Source of the DNA: an uncultured Planctomycetaceae bacterium
GTDB taxonomy: Bacteria > Planctomycetota > Planctomycetia > Planctomycetales > Planctomycetaceae
Length of the DNA: 64,000 bases
Assembly (NCBI GenBank): GCA_963815195.1
Contig: CAWFGE010000012.1
Location: 768,001 to 832,000 of the forward strand
Reading direction: 5' to 3'
This document shows, piece by piece, positions 43,577 through 56,800 of this stretch (position 1 is its first letter; each line of letters starts with the position of its first letter). Below the pieces are notes generated by a model, which saw only the letters and a list, made by a program, of their open reading frames with translations, did no database searches and was not told where the DNA came from. The position numbers and the translations under genes are program-made.

Positions 43577-44314
43577 ATGGCCGGTTACCGAGAGCATATC
43601 AGCGTCAGCGGCATGTGCGGCGTGGCTTATGGAGCCACCGCGGCGACGCTGCTCGGGTTTACGCCGGTGCAGGGCGCACTCGCCGGCTGCCTGACCTGGG
43701 TCGCGGGAATGCTCCCCGACCTCGACGCCGACGGCGGCAAACCCGTTCGCGAGATTTTCAGCCTGCTGGGGGCCGTCGTTCCGCTCGTCGCAATTCGGCA
43801 TTTGATGCGCTGGTGCGGCAGCGTGGACGGCGTGATCCTCGCCGCCATCGTCGTGTATGCCTTGACCCGCTACGGCGGAGCGGAACTCTTAAAACGGCTC
43901 TCCGTCCACCGCGGCATGTTTCACAGCATCCCCGCGCTGTTCATCTCCGCGGAGCTTGTGTTTCTCGCCTACGTCAGCGAATCCATCCCCGTCAAATGCC
44001 TGATGGCGGGCGGCGTGGCGATCGGCTTTCTCTCGCACCTGCTGCTCGATGAGCTCTACAGCGTGCAGTGGTCCGGCCTCAAATTGAAGCTCGCCAAGTC
44101 CGCCGGCAGCGCGTTCAAGCTCACCAGCTCGCGGCTGATCCCCAACGTGTTTTCCTACGCCTTGCTGATGTTTTTGACCTGGCTCACGCTGATCGATGTG
44201 GGTCTCGTCCGCGATCCCAGCCAGCCGAGCCATCCGCCCACCGCCACGCCGACGGCGCCCGGCAACGTTCAACCCATCCGCCACGCCCTCGAAGATTGGC
44301 CCGAACGCCATTGA
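43577..44314 (+). CDS. Membrane metal-dependent hydrolase (YdjM-like)
   Basis: GMLPDLD, HRGMFHS, SHLLLDE. Confidence 0.88.
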   Translation: MAGYREHISVSGMCGVAYGATAATLLGFTPVQGALAGCLTWVAGMLPDLDADGGKPVREIFSLLGAVVPLVAIRHLMRWCGSVDGVILAAIVVYALTRYGGAELLKRLSVHRGMFHSIPALFISAELVFLAYVSESIPVKCLMAGGVAIGFLSHLLLDELYSVQWSGLKLKLAKSAGSAFKLTSSRLIPNVFSYALLMFLTWLTLIDVGLVRDPSQPSHPPTATPTAPGNVQPIRHALEDWPERH

Positions 44315-44332
44315 GGCCCGGAAAAGAAACAG

Positions 44333-44474
44333 GAGCCGCGCACGAAGTAAGCGGAAGCCGGAAGAAACAGGAGCCGCGCACGAAGTAAGCGGAAGCCGGA
44401 AGAAAGAGGAGCCGCGCACGAAGTAAGCGGAAGCCGCGTAAACAACTTCCAACCGCTTACTTCGTGCGCGGCTC
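44333..44474. repeat. REP cluster: three direct 38-bp units plus one inverted 22-mer
   Basis: gagccgcgcacgaagtaagcgg at 44333, 44371 and 44409; inverted at 44453-44474. Confidence 0.92.
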
Positions 44475-44487
44475 TTTGGTCTCGGCC

Positions 44488-45558
44488 TCAATAAAACGGC
44501 GGCGGTTCGAGATCGGCTTGATTCGCGGTTTGCGTGTAATGGGCTCGCCCCGCGGGCTGCCAGCCCGGGTCGGGGGAGGCTTCGGCAAACGGCGGCGCCT
44601 CCAAATACGTCCGGCTTTCGGTCGTCCGTTCGCCCGCGGGCGGTTGCGGGACAATCGTCCGCACATTGTTCAAACGCTCGCCCATATCGAACCGCGGCGA
44701 TTCGCGAATGACGGGCAACTGCCAGGTCTGTTCCGGCAAGTCGGACGGATTGATCTCGATGTTGGACAACTCCATCGTCATCGCCATCTCATGCTGCGGC
44801 CAGTCCAGCTCGATCACGTGCGGCATCACAATGCCCGACGGTTCCCGGCGATGCCGCCGCAGCCGCGCTTCCGCCAGCTTTTGCCCGTTCGCATCAAACA
44901 AGCGATGGGCCAGAATCACACCCAAACGAGTGTCCACGACAATCTCCCGCCGCACCGCCTGCTTCGAGGGAGAAACCTCTTCCGAGATGAGCAGCACCGT
45001 ATTCGGCTCCGCTCCCTGTTGTTGCACAAAAATCGAATTGGGATCCAAAGGCACGACGCCCAAGGCTTCCATAATCCAGGCGGGATGAAACGGAATCTCC
45101 AGCCGCTTGCCGACCGCGGCCATGTCCTCATGCCGGGCCGTAAACACATACGAAGGCTTGTTCCGCCGCATCCAGAACCAGAACCGTTCGTTGTTGGAGC
45201 CGAAATCGGCCTCGTCCCCAAACGGCGAACGCGCCCGCAGGCGGAAGTTCTTCTCCCGCTCGACCGCGACTTGTGCGGAGAGCGTCAACTTCATCGGCAG
45301 ATATTTCGACGGCCGGGTGGAGATGCTGGCGTCGGTGCAGCTCCACGAATGCAGATCGCGGATGTTCTGATTGAGGTGCTCGATCAAGGCCTGCTGGGAC
45401 AGCGGCTGCTCGATCGGCTTGATGCCGGTTTCGGGCGCAAAGAACTTGTCGAACACACAGCCCGGCAAGCAGACGCTCGCCAGACACAAAACCAGCAGGT
45501 TCACGGGCGTTCGCAATGGTCGCCGCGAAAACGAAAGAGTGCCCAGAGCGGGGTCCAT
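44488..45558 (-). CDS. Hypothetical lipoprotein
   Basis: VCLPGC lipobox; DFGSNNERFWFW motif. Confidence 0.75.
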   Translation of the reverse strand: MDPALGTLSFSRRPLRTPVNLLVLCLASVCLPGCVFDKFFAPETGIKPIEQPLSQQALIEHLNQNIRDLHSWSCTDASISTRPSKYLPMKLTLSAQVAVEREKNFRLRARSPFGDEADFGSNNERFWFWMRRNKPSYVFTARHEDMAAVGKRLEIPFHPAWIMEALGVVPLDPNSIFVQQQGAEPNTVLLISEEVSPSKQAVRREIVVDTRLGVILAHRLFDANGQKLAEARLRRHRREPSGIVMPHVIELDWPQHEMAMTMELSNIEINPSDLPEQTWQLPVIRESPRFDMGERLNNVRTIVPQPPAGERTTESRTYLEAPPFAEASPDPGWQPAGRAHYTQTANQADLEPPPFY

Positions 45559-45652
45559 CCCATTCTCCTGCAAGGGGGCCGGAAATCATTCCCGCCGAAA
45601 AATCGATCCTTGATTTATCCATTGCGCCACGGCCGTCGTGGCCCGATTTCGG

Positions 45653-46145
45653 TTATTCCTCATCCAGGGCGGACAAGTGGGCGTTCAAATCACTTTGGAG
45701 CTGCTGGATTTCGTCAGGCGTCAAATGTTGGTCTCGGACCTCGAACGGTCCTTCGGATCGGCTGCCGATCAGTTGCAGATATTCAATCTCCCCGTCTTGC
45801 CGGGATCCTTCCAACTGCAAGCGGCGTTTTTGCAAGAGCAACAGCGCCACCACGTAGCGGAATTTTTGCTGCATCGGGTTTTGATCTTCCGCCGTGTCCT
45901 CGAAGTACCGGAACAAGACTTCGGGATCGAGCGGCTTCGGGCCGGACTCCACGGGTTGGGGCATGAGGCATTTCCAATGCGCCAACATGCCTTCGGGCGG
46001 GCCCGTCCAGCCTTCCTCGGAAAAATCCAAGCGGATTCTGTTCGTGCCCTCGGTCCACCAACACCGAATGCACTGGGGTGCCGGGGACCAAAGGCTCGCC
46101 CGTCGCCGCACAGGTTTTTCCCACAGGCTTGATTCGATAACTCAT
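45653..46145 (-). CDS. Conserved planctomycete hypothetical protein (frameshift ~46050)
   Basis: MSYRIKPVGKTCAATGEPL joined to RLDFSEEGW...FRYVVALLLLQKRRL. Confidence 0.7.
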
Positions 46146-46443
46146 TCGCCGACCACAACGAGAAAACGCATCCATCTTTACAGGCGAAAGGGTGAGGGAT
46201 CGTAATGGAACATCGGCCCTCCAACAAGGCCAGTATTTCTTTCCACGAATTCCCGATTTCACAGAAATTCCGCAATTCCTACTCGAACCGCGCGGGGACT
46301 TTGGAAATTGATTCGTCCGATTCAATGAACTCCGAGATGATTTCGCAAATTTATGCCGCATAAGTATCTGGATTGTTGACATCTCCCGCGCGGGTGGGTA
46401 TTTTCCCTTCCCGAGACGATTCGCTTTTGCATTCGCCGGCGTC

Positions 46444-46893
46444 ATGGACTATAAACCCCTGCCAATTCCAACCTTAACGCATTTGCAAGTGCTGATTTGC
46501 TGGGCGCTCCAATCGCCGTATTGGGAAGGATTGACCGTCCGCGACTTATTGGCTTTGCTCAAACGGCACGGCGAGAACATGAGCGAGTCGGCGTTTTATC
46601 AGTTGATGCAGCGCCTGGAAACCGCCGGCTACGTCGACAGCGAGATTACGCCTCCCGCCTCCAAACGCCGGCGGTCGCGGCTCTTGTCCCGCTGGTATCG
46701 CCTCACCCGCGACGGCCGGGAGGAACTGGCCCGCACGATGGAGTTCTATCAAGCCCACATGCAGCACCCCAAGCGGTTTTTCTGTGCCGATTTTAACGTC
46801 AGCCTGTTGACCGAAGACGACTGGAACGGCGACCGGGCCATCAAAAGCCTGCCCGACTTGTCCGAAGAAAACGAGACCCGCGAACCACACTAA
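46444..46893 (+). CDS. PadR-like winged-helix regulator
   Basis: SESAFYQLMQRLETAGYV ... RWYRLTRDGREEL. Confidence 0.75.
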   Translation: MDYKPLPIPTLTHLQVLICWALQSPYWEGLTVRDLLALLKRHGENMSESAFYQLMQRLETAGYVDSEITPPASKRRRSRLLSRWYRLTRDGREELARTMEFYQAHMQHPKRFFCADFNVSLLTEDDWNGDRAIKSLPDLSEENETREPH

Positions 46894-46986
46894 CGCAGCG
46901 ACGCCCCAATCAATGTAGCGGCGGCGTCTGGAAGCCCCCGCTACGAAGATTCCCGCCATCTCCATTAACCGCATGAGGACACGCGA

Positions 46987-48276
<1,290 letters not shown>

Positions 48277-48412
48277 TGTCCAACCTATAGATACATCGCT
48301 GCTTTGTCCCTTCTCCCCTCGGGGGAGAGGCTCAGGGGGCCTCGACGCGAGAATCCTAAAGTTATTCAACAACACCCACGAAATCTAAATAGTCGCTTTG
48401 GAGCTATATAAC

Positions 48413-49297
48413 ATGTCCGACAATCCGCTCGATCACGACTTCAATAAAAAATCCGAGTTCCTCGTCGGCATCGACTCGGACGGCTGCGCCTTCGATACGA
48501 TGGAGATCAAGCACAAAGAATGCTTCATCCCTAACACCGTGAAATACTTCGGCTTGCAATCGGTGTCTAAATATGCCCGCGAAGCTGCGGAGTTTGTCAA
48601 TCTGTATTCCAAATGGCGGGGCATCAACCGCTTCCCCGCCCTCACGATGACGCTGGATCTTTTGGAAGACCGCCCCGAAGTCAAAAACCGCGGCACGAGA
48701 ATCCCCAAGCTCCAAGGCCTTCGGGACTGGATCGAACGCGAAACCAAGCTCGGCAATCCGGCCCTGACCGCGGAAGTCGAAAAGACGGGAGATGCAGACC
48801 TTAAACTGGTGCTCGCGTGGTCTACCGCGGTCAATAATATGGTTGAAGATATGGTCCACGGGGTGGCTCCGTTCCCGTTCGTGAAGCAGAGCCTGGAAAA
48901 ACTCGCCCCGCTCTCAGAGATGATTGTCTGCTCAGCCACTCCCAATGCCGCCTTAAAAAAAGAATGGGAAGAGCACAGCATCGACCAATATGTCCAGGCG
49001 ATTTGTGGCCAGGAAGCCGGCAGCAAAAAAGAAACCCTCGGCCAGGCGAAAGAATTCGGCTACGACGACAATAAGACACTGATGATCGGCGACGCCCCCG
49101 GCGACATGAAAGCGGCCAAAGCGGTGGGGGCGTTGTTCTTCCCTATCAACCCCGGCCGCGAGGAGGCGAGTTGGGAGCGATTCTATAAGGAGGCCTGCGA
49201 CAAGTTCCTGAATGGTGAATATGCGGGAGATTATGAAAAGCAACTCATCGCCGAGTTCGACGAATACCTCCCCGAACTCCCCCCGTGGAAACGCTGA
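48413..49297 (+). CDS. HAD family hydrolase
   Basis: GIDSDGCAFD, VCSAT, MIGDAPGD. Confidence 0.88.
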   Translation: MSDNPLDHDFNKKSEFLVGIDSDGCAFDTMEIKHKECFIPNTVKYFGLQSVSKYAREAAEFVNLYSKWRGINRFPALTMTLDLLEDRPEVKNRGTRIPKLQGLRDWIERETKLGNPALTAEVEKTGDADLKLVLAWSTAVNNMVEDMVHGVAPFPFVKQSLEKLAPLSEMIVCSATPNAALKKEWEEHSIDQYVQAICGQEAGSKKETLGQAKEFGYDDNKTLMIGDAPGDMKAAKAVGALFFPINPGREEASWERFYKEACDKFLNGEYAGDYEKQLIAEFDEYLPELPPWKR

Positions 49298-49374
49298 GGC
49301 TCGATGCATGCTCGTGGCAAATAGGTCCTTTCGATAACTTTGCTATATCTCGCTCTCTAAGGAATAAAACAACC

Positions 49375-50839
49375 ATGTCACAACACGATATCGGACTCGT
49401 CGGCCTCGCGGTGATGGGACAGAATCTTGTCCTCAATATGGCCAACCATGGGTTTTCCGTCGGAGTGTTTAACCGCACCACAAGCGTCACGGATGAATTC
49501 GTCGGCGAACTTTCCAACCGGCCGGCGGATGTCGTTCATGAAGGCACGCCGAAACGGATTCAAGGCTATCATTCGCTCAAGGAACTGGTCGAGAACCTCA
49601 AATCCCCCCGCCGGGTGATGATTATGGTCAAAGCCGGCGCTCCGGTGGATGCGGTGATCAATGAACTGACGACGCTGCTTTCCCCGGGCGATATCCTCAT
49701 CGACGGCGGCAATTCCGATTTCAATGACACCAATCGGCGATCCGAGGCGCTTAGGAACGCGGGCTTTCAGTTTATCGGCACCGGCGTTTCCGGCGGGGAA
49801 GAAGGCGCCCTCAAGGGGCCCAGCATCATGCCCGGCGGCCACCACGAAGCCTGGCCGCACGTCAAAGACATTTTGCAATCCATCAGCGCCAAAGTCGGCC
49901 CGAACCATGACATCCCCTGCTGCGACTGGGTCGGTGAAAACGGGGCGGGCCACTATGTCAAAATGGTCCACAACGGAATTGAATACGGCGATATGCAGCT
50001 CATCTGCGAAGCCTATTTTCTCCTGAAACACACGCTCGATCTCGCGAACGAAGAACTCTATCAAGTCTTCAGCGAATGGGACAAAGGCGAACTGGATAGT
50101 TACTTGATCGAGATCACCCGCGACATTTTCACGGTGATCGACCCCGACACCGGGGATTATCTGGTCGATAAAATTCTCGACACCGCACAGCAAAAGGGCA
50201 CCGGCAAATGGATGAGCCAGCATGCCCTCGACCTGGGCGTGCCGACGACGTTGATCACCGAAGCCGTGTATGCCCGCTGCCTCTCGGCTCAAAAAGAAGC
50301 CCGCGTCCGGGCGTCCAAAGTGCTCTCCGGTCCGGACGCCAAGTTTAAAGGAAACAAGCAGCAGTTTATCGAAGATGTCCGCCAGGCGCTTTATGCTTCG
50401 AAACTCGTCAGCTATGCCCAGGGTTATGTGCAACTCGATGCCGCGGCTAGGGAGTTCGGCTGGACGCTCAACAACGGCAGCATCGCCCTGTTGTGGCGCG
50501 GCGGTTGTATTATCCGCTCCACGTTCCTCGAAGACATTAAGTCGGCCTTCGATAAAGATCCGAATCTAGAAAACCTGCTGCTGGACGACTTCTTTAAGTC
50601 GGCCATTGACAAAGCCCAGCCGAGTTGGCGGCGGGTGGTGGCGACGGCGGTGGAACTCGGCTTGCCCGTCCCGGGATTCGCCGCCGCGCTCAGCTACTAT
50701 GACGGCTACCGCCGCGACCGGCTGCCGGCCAACTTGCTGCAAGTCCCAGCGCGACTACTTCGGCGCCCACACCTACCGCCGGGTCGATAAGGAAGGCACG
50801 TTCCACACCGATTGGATTCACGAACGCAAGCTCAGCTAG
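49375..50839 (+). CDS. gndA: 6-phosphogluconate dehydrogenase, NADP-dependent (frameshift ~50745)
   Basis: GLAVMGQNL, VSGGEEGA, KMVHNGIEYGDMQ, QKGTGKW, QRDYFGAHTY. Confidence 0.96.
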
Positions 50840-50902
50840 GCGCGGTTTGTCAGCCTTTCAACTCGGGGCGATTTATGCGGCTATTGTTCTTAGGAAAATG
50901 CC

Positions 50903-51844
50903 GTGGCGAATCCTTTGTTTCCCCAGTTCTATTGTCCGAGTTGCCGAACTCGTTTAAGCCAGCCTTTGCCCGAGTTGCTGGTTTGCGAAGAGTGCCAAAG
51001 CGAGTATCCGATTTTGGGCGGGATTCCGCGGTTTGTGCAGGAACAGCATTTGGCGAGTTTTGGATTTCAGTGGAATCAATATGAGGTCGCCCACCCCGAG
51101 GAAGACCGGGCGACGTTCGAGGCGAAAACGGGGTTTCGTCTTGCGGATCTCGCGGGGCGCGACGTTCTCGATGCGGGCTGCGGCGGGGGGCGATATTCGA
51201 AAATCGCAGCCCAAGCGGGGGCGAACGTCCTGGGAGCCGACCACACCAGCGCCGTGGAGAAAGCGGCCGATTTATGCCGGGATTCAGACCGTGCGAACTT
51301 TATACAAGCCGATTTGAAGAACCTGCCGCTCGCGGAAGCTTCGTTCGATGCCGCGTTTTCAATCGGGGTGATGCATCACGATCAGGAGACCCGCGCGGTG
51401 TTTGACGCCGTCGCCAAGATGGTGAAGCCCGGCGGCCGGCTGGCGGTTTGGCTTTACCGCCGCAACCAGTGGTGGCAGGAAGGGATCAATCGCTTTCTTA
51501 GAAAACGCACGGTTCCTATGTCGCCGCCAAAACTGGAAAGGCTTGCGAAACTCGGGGCGTGGTTGGGCGGGATTCCCCTCGTCAATAAGACGCTCAATAA
51601 GGTTCTCAATTTCAGCAACCACCCCAACTACGAGAACCGCGTCTGCGACACCTATGACTGGTACGCCCCGGCCTACCAGCACCATCACACCACGGAAGAA
51701 CTTTGCCAATGGTTTCGCGAGGCGGGTTATGACAACCTCGTGATCCTCCCGCCCGAAAAACGTGGCCGATTCTATATGTGGAGCTATCGCCTGAACCTGA
51801 TCATCGGCAGCGGCGTCAACGTGCAAGGCACGCGGCGGACCTAG
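50903..51844 (+). CDS. SAM-dependent methyltransferase with Trm112-like N-terminus
   Basis: CPSC...CEEC..YPI.GGIPRF; VLDAGCGGGR. Confidence 0.88.
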   Translation: MANPLFPQFYCPSCRTRLSQPLPELLVCEECQSEYPILGGIPRFVQEQHLASFGFQWNQYEVAHPEEDRATFEAKTGFRLADLAGRDVLDAGCGGGRYSKIAAQAGANVLGADHTSAVEKAADLCRDSDRANFIQADLKNLPLAEASFDAAFSIGVMHHDQETRAVFDAVAKMVKPGGRLAVWLYRRNQWWQEGINRFLRKRTVPMSPPKLERLAKLGAWLGGIPLVNKTLNKVLNFSNHPNYENRVCDTYDWYAPAYQHHHTTEELCQWFREAGYDNLVILPPEKRGRFYMWSYRLNLIIGSGVNVQGTRRT

Positions 51845-51876
51845 TTTCGACAATTCTCGCGGCTCGAACGAGGCAT

Positions 51877-53580
51877 CTAGGATTCTGCGTCGGCTTCCGT
51901 ATCGGGGGGACTCTTGACGACGCTCGTCCACAACCAGCGAGACTGGTCTTCGCCGATGCGCGTCTGAAACACGAGGTTTAAGATATGACAACTCAGGATC
52001 GTCGCCAGCCAGGATGTGGGCACCACGAGGTGCGTGGAAAAGGGTTGATCGAAAAACTCCATGCTATAGCTCGTGGAGATGCCCACCGCTTCGCCGATGA
52101 GGACCGCGGGAATGACCGTGGCGGCCGTTGCCCGCCGGGAAAACATCGCCAGGATAAACAGCCCGCCCAAGGGCCCGAGAAAACAATTGAACCCCTTCTG
52201 GGTGAGCGAGATAATATCGGTGCCTTTCGAGATATGATAGATAAGCACGGTGACCGCGACGATCACGACCCCCATCGCAGCGGTGAGGAAGCGGGCGACT
52301 TTCAACTCCGACGCATCGCTCGATTGATGGGAATTGCGCGGGCGGACGAAGTCGATGGTGACAATCGTGGAGATCGAGTTGGCCCCGGAGTCGATGGTGG
52401 ACATTGCCGCCGCGAAGAGTGCCGCCACGACAAGCCCGCGCATCCCCGCCGGCAAAAAGGTCGAGATGAACTGCGGGAAGATCTTGTCCTGGGCTTCGGT
52501 CCGCGCTTTGTGAAGTTCCTGCCGGGTGGCTTGGTCCGCACCGTGGGGCAGCATGGCCTCGAGTTGCGGTTTCGCGGGCAGATGGTTTTCCGGCAGCCGA
52601 ATAAAGTGGAGCAGCGACAATCCGACCCCCGCCAAGAGCACGCCGAGTCCGAAACTGGCCAGTGCGCTGACTAAATAGCTTCGCCGAGCGGCCGCGATGT
52701 CTTTGACGGAAAAATACCGCTGAAGCGCGACCTGGTTCGCACCGTGCGTGCAGAGGAACCAGAACGTCATGCCCACGGTAATAAAACACACCGTGGACCG
52801 GTTGCCGATGTCCCAACTCGCCCATTCGACGGATTCGCGGTGCGGGTAGGCTTCAAACGAGCGGAGCCAATCGTCGAGGCCGGAGTTCGTGATGTAGGCG
52901 ATATAGCCGATCGTGTAAATCGCGCCGGCCACCAGGATGAAGAACTGCACCACGTCGGTCCACACGACCGCCCGCATCCCGCCGAGCGTGGTATAGAACA
53001 CCGAAAACAGTCCGATCGAGAGAATTAGCGCGTGCAAGTCGGCATCGCGGTATTGGGGAGTCGTCGCGGTCGCGGCGTGGTTGACGCCGAAAAACCAATC
53101 CAGATCGAGCACCACAATTTCCGCCATCGCCCGCGAGGCCGTGAGTACGACAACCGACATCCAACCCAGCAATAGCAAAATGCAAAACGCGGCGGCGAGG
53201 GCGCGGACGGAATAATTGAAACGCCGTTCGAGATATTCGTACGCGCTGGTCAACCTCATCCGCATGAAGAAAGGCAGGAAAACGTACCAGACCACAACGA
53301 GAACAATGGGAACCCCGAGTTGCCGGGTCAAAAAGCCGAGCCCCGTGCGGAACATTTCGCCGGGCATGCCCAGGTAGGTGATGGTGGACAGCAGCGAAGC
53401 CAGCAGGCTGATGCCGACGGCCCACGCCGGAAGGTTGCGGCCGCCCACGAAAAAATCGTCCGTCGAATGCTGGCGGACGGCAATTCGCACGCCCATCACG
53501 AGCATGGATAACAGATACACGCCAACGACGGCGTGATCCCAGATCGTCAACCCGCGGTCGGCTTGCGCGAGAAGCAGCAT
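51877..53580 (-). CDS. Sodium:solute symporter
   Basis: FFVGGR, SAYEYLERRF, GGMRAVVWTDVVQ, FAAAMSTIDSG. Confidence 0.93.
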   Translation of the reverse strand: MLLLAQADRGLTIWDHAVVGVYLLSMLVMGVRIAVRQHSTDDFFVGGRNLPAWAVGISLLASLLSTITYLGMPGEMFRTGLGFLTRQLGVPIVLVVVWYVFLPFFMRMRLTSAYEYLERRFNYSVRALAAAFCILLLLGWMSVVVLTASRAMAEIVVLDLDWFFGVNHAATATTPQYRDADLHALILSIGLFSVFYTTLGGMRAVVWTDVVQFFILVAGAIYTIGYIAYITNSGLDDWLRSFEAYPHRESVEWASWDIGNRSTVCFITVGMTFWFLCTHGANQVALQRYFSVKDIAAARRSYLVSALASFGLGVLLAGVGLSLLHFIRLPENHLPAKPQLEAMLPHGADQATRQELHKARTEAQDKIFPQFISTFLPAGMRGLVVAALFAAAMSTIDSGANSISTIVTIDFVRPRNSHQSSDASELKVARFLTAAMGVVIVAVTVLIYHISKGTDIISLTQKGFNCFLGPLGGLFILAMFSRRATAATVIPAVLIGEAVGISTSYSMEFFDQPFSTHLVVPTSWLATILSCHILNLVFQTRIGEDQSRWLWTSVVKSPPDTEADAES

Positions 53581-53827
53581 GAAGGATTCTCTTGAAAGAG
53601 GAAGCACCTATGGAAAATCGCGAAGGACTCGATTGTACCAGTCCGAACCCATTCTTCCATCGCGAGGGAGGATTGTCCGTGCCGCCTCGGAATTCACAAC
53701 GCACCATTCATAACAACGAGAACCGCGCGAAGAATTCCCGGGGTATGTTTGAAGAATCCCGGGCGGATCGCTTACCATCAGGTATTCCCCCAATCGCTTT
53801 TTTGTTCCTGGATGTGGAGTTCGCGAT

Positions 53828-56800
53828 ATGCCGCTGTTGTCTGGTGCCCGTTGGGCGAGTGTTTCCCGCTGTTTGGGCGTGGCGCTGTTGGCCTGTGGTC
53901 TGCCGTTTTTGTTTGGGGCCGATGCCCCCGAGAAGAAGGCCAAGTCCTCCGACAAACCCCTGTTCGCGAGCGACGTGGTCACCGCCAAAACGCCCGGCCA
54001 TGCCGTCGAAATCGAAGTGGACATCACCGGTGCGAAGCGGCTTGCCCTTGTCGTCACCGACGGAGGCGACGGCTTCAGTTGCGATTGGGTCGATTGGGCC
54101 GAGCCGCGATTGATCGGACCCGAGGGCGAAAAGAAGCTCACCGACCTCAACTGGAAACAGGCGAAAGCCGATTGGGGCCAGGTGCGAAAGAACCAAAACG
54201 CCGGCGGCGGTTCAATGAAGATCGACGGCAAACCCGTGGCCTACGGCATCGGCACGCACGCGGAATCGCTGATCACCTTCGACCTGCCGGCGGGTTATAC
54301 GAAGTTCCGCTGCCGGGCCGGTCTGGACAACGGCGGCACCGACCAGAACAACAACGGCACCACGAGTGCGAAGTTTCTCGTCTTCGCCGATCCGAATCCC
54401 CGCGTGCTCGCCGCTTTGGTTCAGCCCAAAGCCGGGGGCGGCGGCAACCGGGGCAATCTTCCGCCCGGCGAAGCACTCGACGGGTTGGATGTCGCGGACG
54501 GTCTGGAAGTCACCCTCTTCGCCCACGAGCCGCTGACCTTGAGCCCCTCGAACATCGATGTGGATGCCCAGGGCCGGGTCTGGGTTTGCGAAGTCGTCAA
54601 CTACCGCCACTTCGCCAACAAGAACAATCCCCTCCGCGAAGCGGGCGACCGGATTTTGATTCTCGAAGACACCGACGGCGACGCCAAGGCCGACAAGCAA
54701 ACCGTGTTCTATCAGGGCCGGGATATCGATTCGGCCCACGGCGTTTGCGTTCTGGGCAACAAAGCCATCGTCTCCGCGCTCGACAGCGTGTATATCCTCA
54801 CCGACACCGACGGCGATTGGAAAGCCGATAAGAAGGACCTGCTCTTCACCGGGATCGCCGGGGCCCAGCACGACCACGGCATCCATTCGTTCCTGTTTGG
54901 TCCCGACGGCAAGTTGTATTTCAACTTCGGCAACGCCGGGCAGCACATCAAGGACAAAAACGGCAAGCCGATCGTTGATCGACAAGGGAACGAAGTCAAC
55001 AACTCCCGCAAACCTTACCAGGAAGGCATGGTGTTTCGCTGCAATCTCGACGGCTCGGAATTCGAAACCCTGGGCTGGAATTTTCGGAACAATTGGGAAC
55101 TCGCGGTCGACAGCTTCGGCACGATCTGGCAGTCCGACAACGATGACGACGGCAACCGCGGCGTCAGGATCAATTATGTGATGGAGTTCGGCAACTTCGG
55201 CTACAAAGATGAAATCACCGGAGCCGGCTGGAAAGATCCCCGCACCGGCATGCACGAGGAAATCCCCAAGCGGCATTGGCATTTGAACGATCCCGGCGTG
55301 GTGCCGAACCTCTTGCAAACCGGGGCCGGCTCGCCCACGGGGATTTGCGTCTATGAAGGCGACCTCTTGCCCAAGCGATTCCAAAATCAACTCATCCACG
55401 CTGATGCCGGTCCGAACATCGTGCGGGCCTATCTGGTGAAGAACGACGGGGCCGGTTATTCCGCGACGATCGACAACATCCTCGAAGGCACGCGGGACCA
55501 GTGGTTCCGCCCGTCGGATGTGTGCGTCGCTCCGGATGGCTCGCTCTTAATCGCGGACTGGTACGACCCCGGCGTGGGCGGGCACCGCATGGGCGATATT
55601 CAAAAGGGCCGCATCTTCCGCATCGCCCCGCCGAAGAGTTCCTACAAAACACCGAAGTTCGATTTCAGCACGCCGGAAGGCGCGGCGGACGCTTTGAAAA
55701 ATCCGAACCTCGCCGTGCGGTATCTGGCTTGGACTTCGCTTCATAAGATGGGCGACAAAGCCGAACCCGCGCTGTTGAAAATGTTCAATGACAAATCCAA
55801 CCCGCGCTATCGTGCCCGGGCATTGTGGCTGTTGGGCAAAATCGACGGCAAAGGCCAAGAATACGTGGAAAAAGCCACCGAAGATGAAAATCCCAACATT
55901 CGCATCGTCGGTCTGCGGTTGGCGCGGGAATTGAAGTTGGACATCATTCCGATCGTTGAACCGTTAGTCCAAGATAAATCCGCTCAGGTTCGTCGCGAAT
56001 GTGCTATCGCGCTACGGCATCACAGCTCGCCCGAGGCCGCCAATTTTTGGTCCAGGTTGGCAATGCAATACAAACCCGGCGACCGCTGGTACTTGGAAGC
56101 CTTAGGGATTGGTGCCGATGGACAATGGGATCGCTATCTGGATTTATGGTTGGATCTAATAAACAACCAAGTGACGAACCATCCCATCCCTCGCGACGTC
56201 ATTTGGCGTTCCCGCGCGAAGAAGACTCCGGATTTAATTGCGAGCATCATTTTAGATCCCAACACTCCCGCTGAGGAACTGCCCCGCTATTTCCGGGCAC
56301 TGGATTTATTACAGGTGCCCGGTGTGAAGGATGCAGTGATGGAAATCGCCTTCGCCGACTTAAAAGGCGATGCCGAGCGGAAGAATTTTATTACCCGCGA
56401 AGCCTTTGAGCGGTTGAAAGGCGTCAACGTTCAAAACGATCCCAAGGCGAAAGCCAAGCTCAAATCGATTCTGGACGACTCCCAAGGCACGGAGCAGTTT
56501 GTGGAGTTGGTCGGGAAGTTCAGCGTGATGGAACGCTATCCCGATTTGCTGGCGCTGGCGCAATCCAAACCGGATTCACAACTCGGTGTGGAAGCCATGC
56601 GGACTTTGCTCGCGAAGAATCAAACCCAACTGGTCGCCAAGGCCATTGATGAAAAAAATCCGCAAGCCGCCGAGCAGACCGTCAAAGCCCTAGGCAATGC
56701 GGGCGACAAACGGGCGGAGGATATGCTCTGGAAGTTGATCGATGACAACGAGCAACTTCTCGCGATCCGCCGGGCCGCGGTCCTGGCCGCGGGCCGATCG

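Noticed and set aside
44333..44474. CRISPR array
   Set aside because: The intervening sequences are near-identical 16-mers, an inverted copy closes the cluster, and there are no cas genes; it is a REP cluster
46345..46385. dif-like site (gccgcataagtatctggattgttgac)
   Set aside because: Only the XerC-like half resembles the consensus; the XerD arm TTATGTTAAAT is absent
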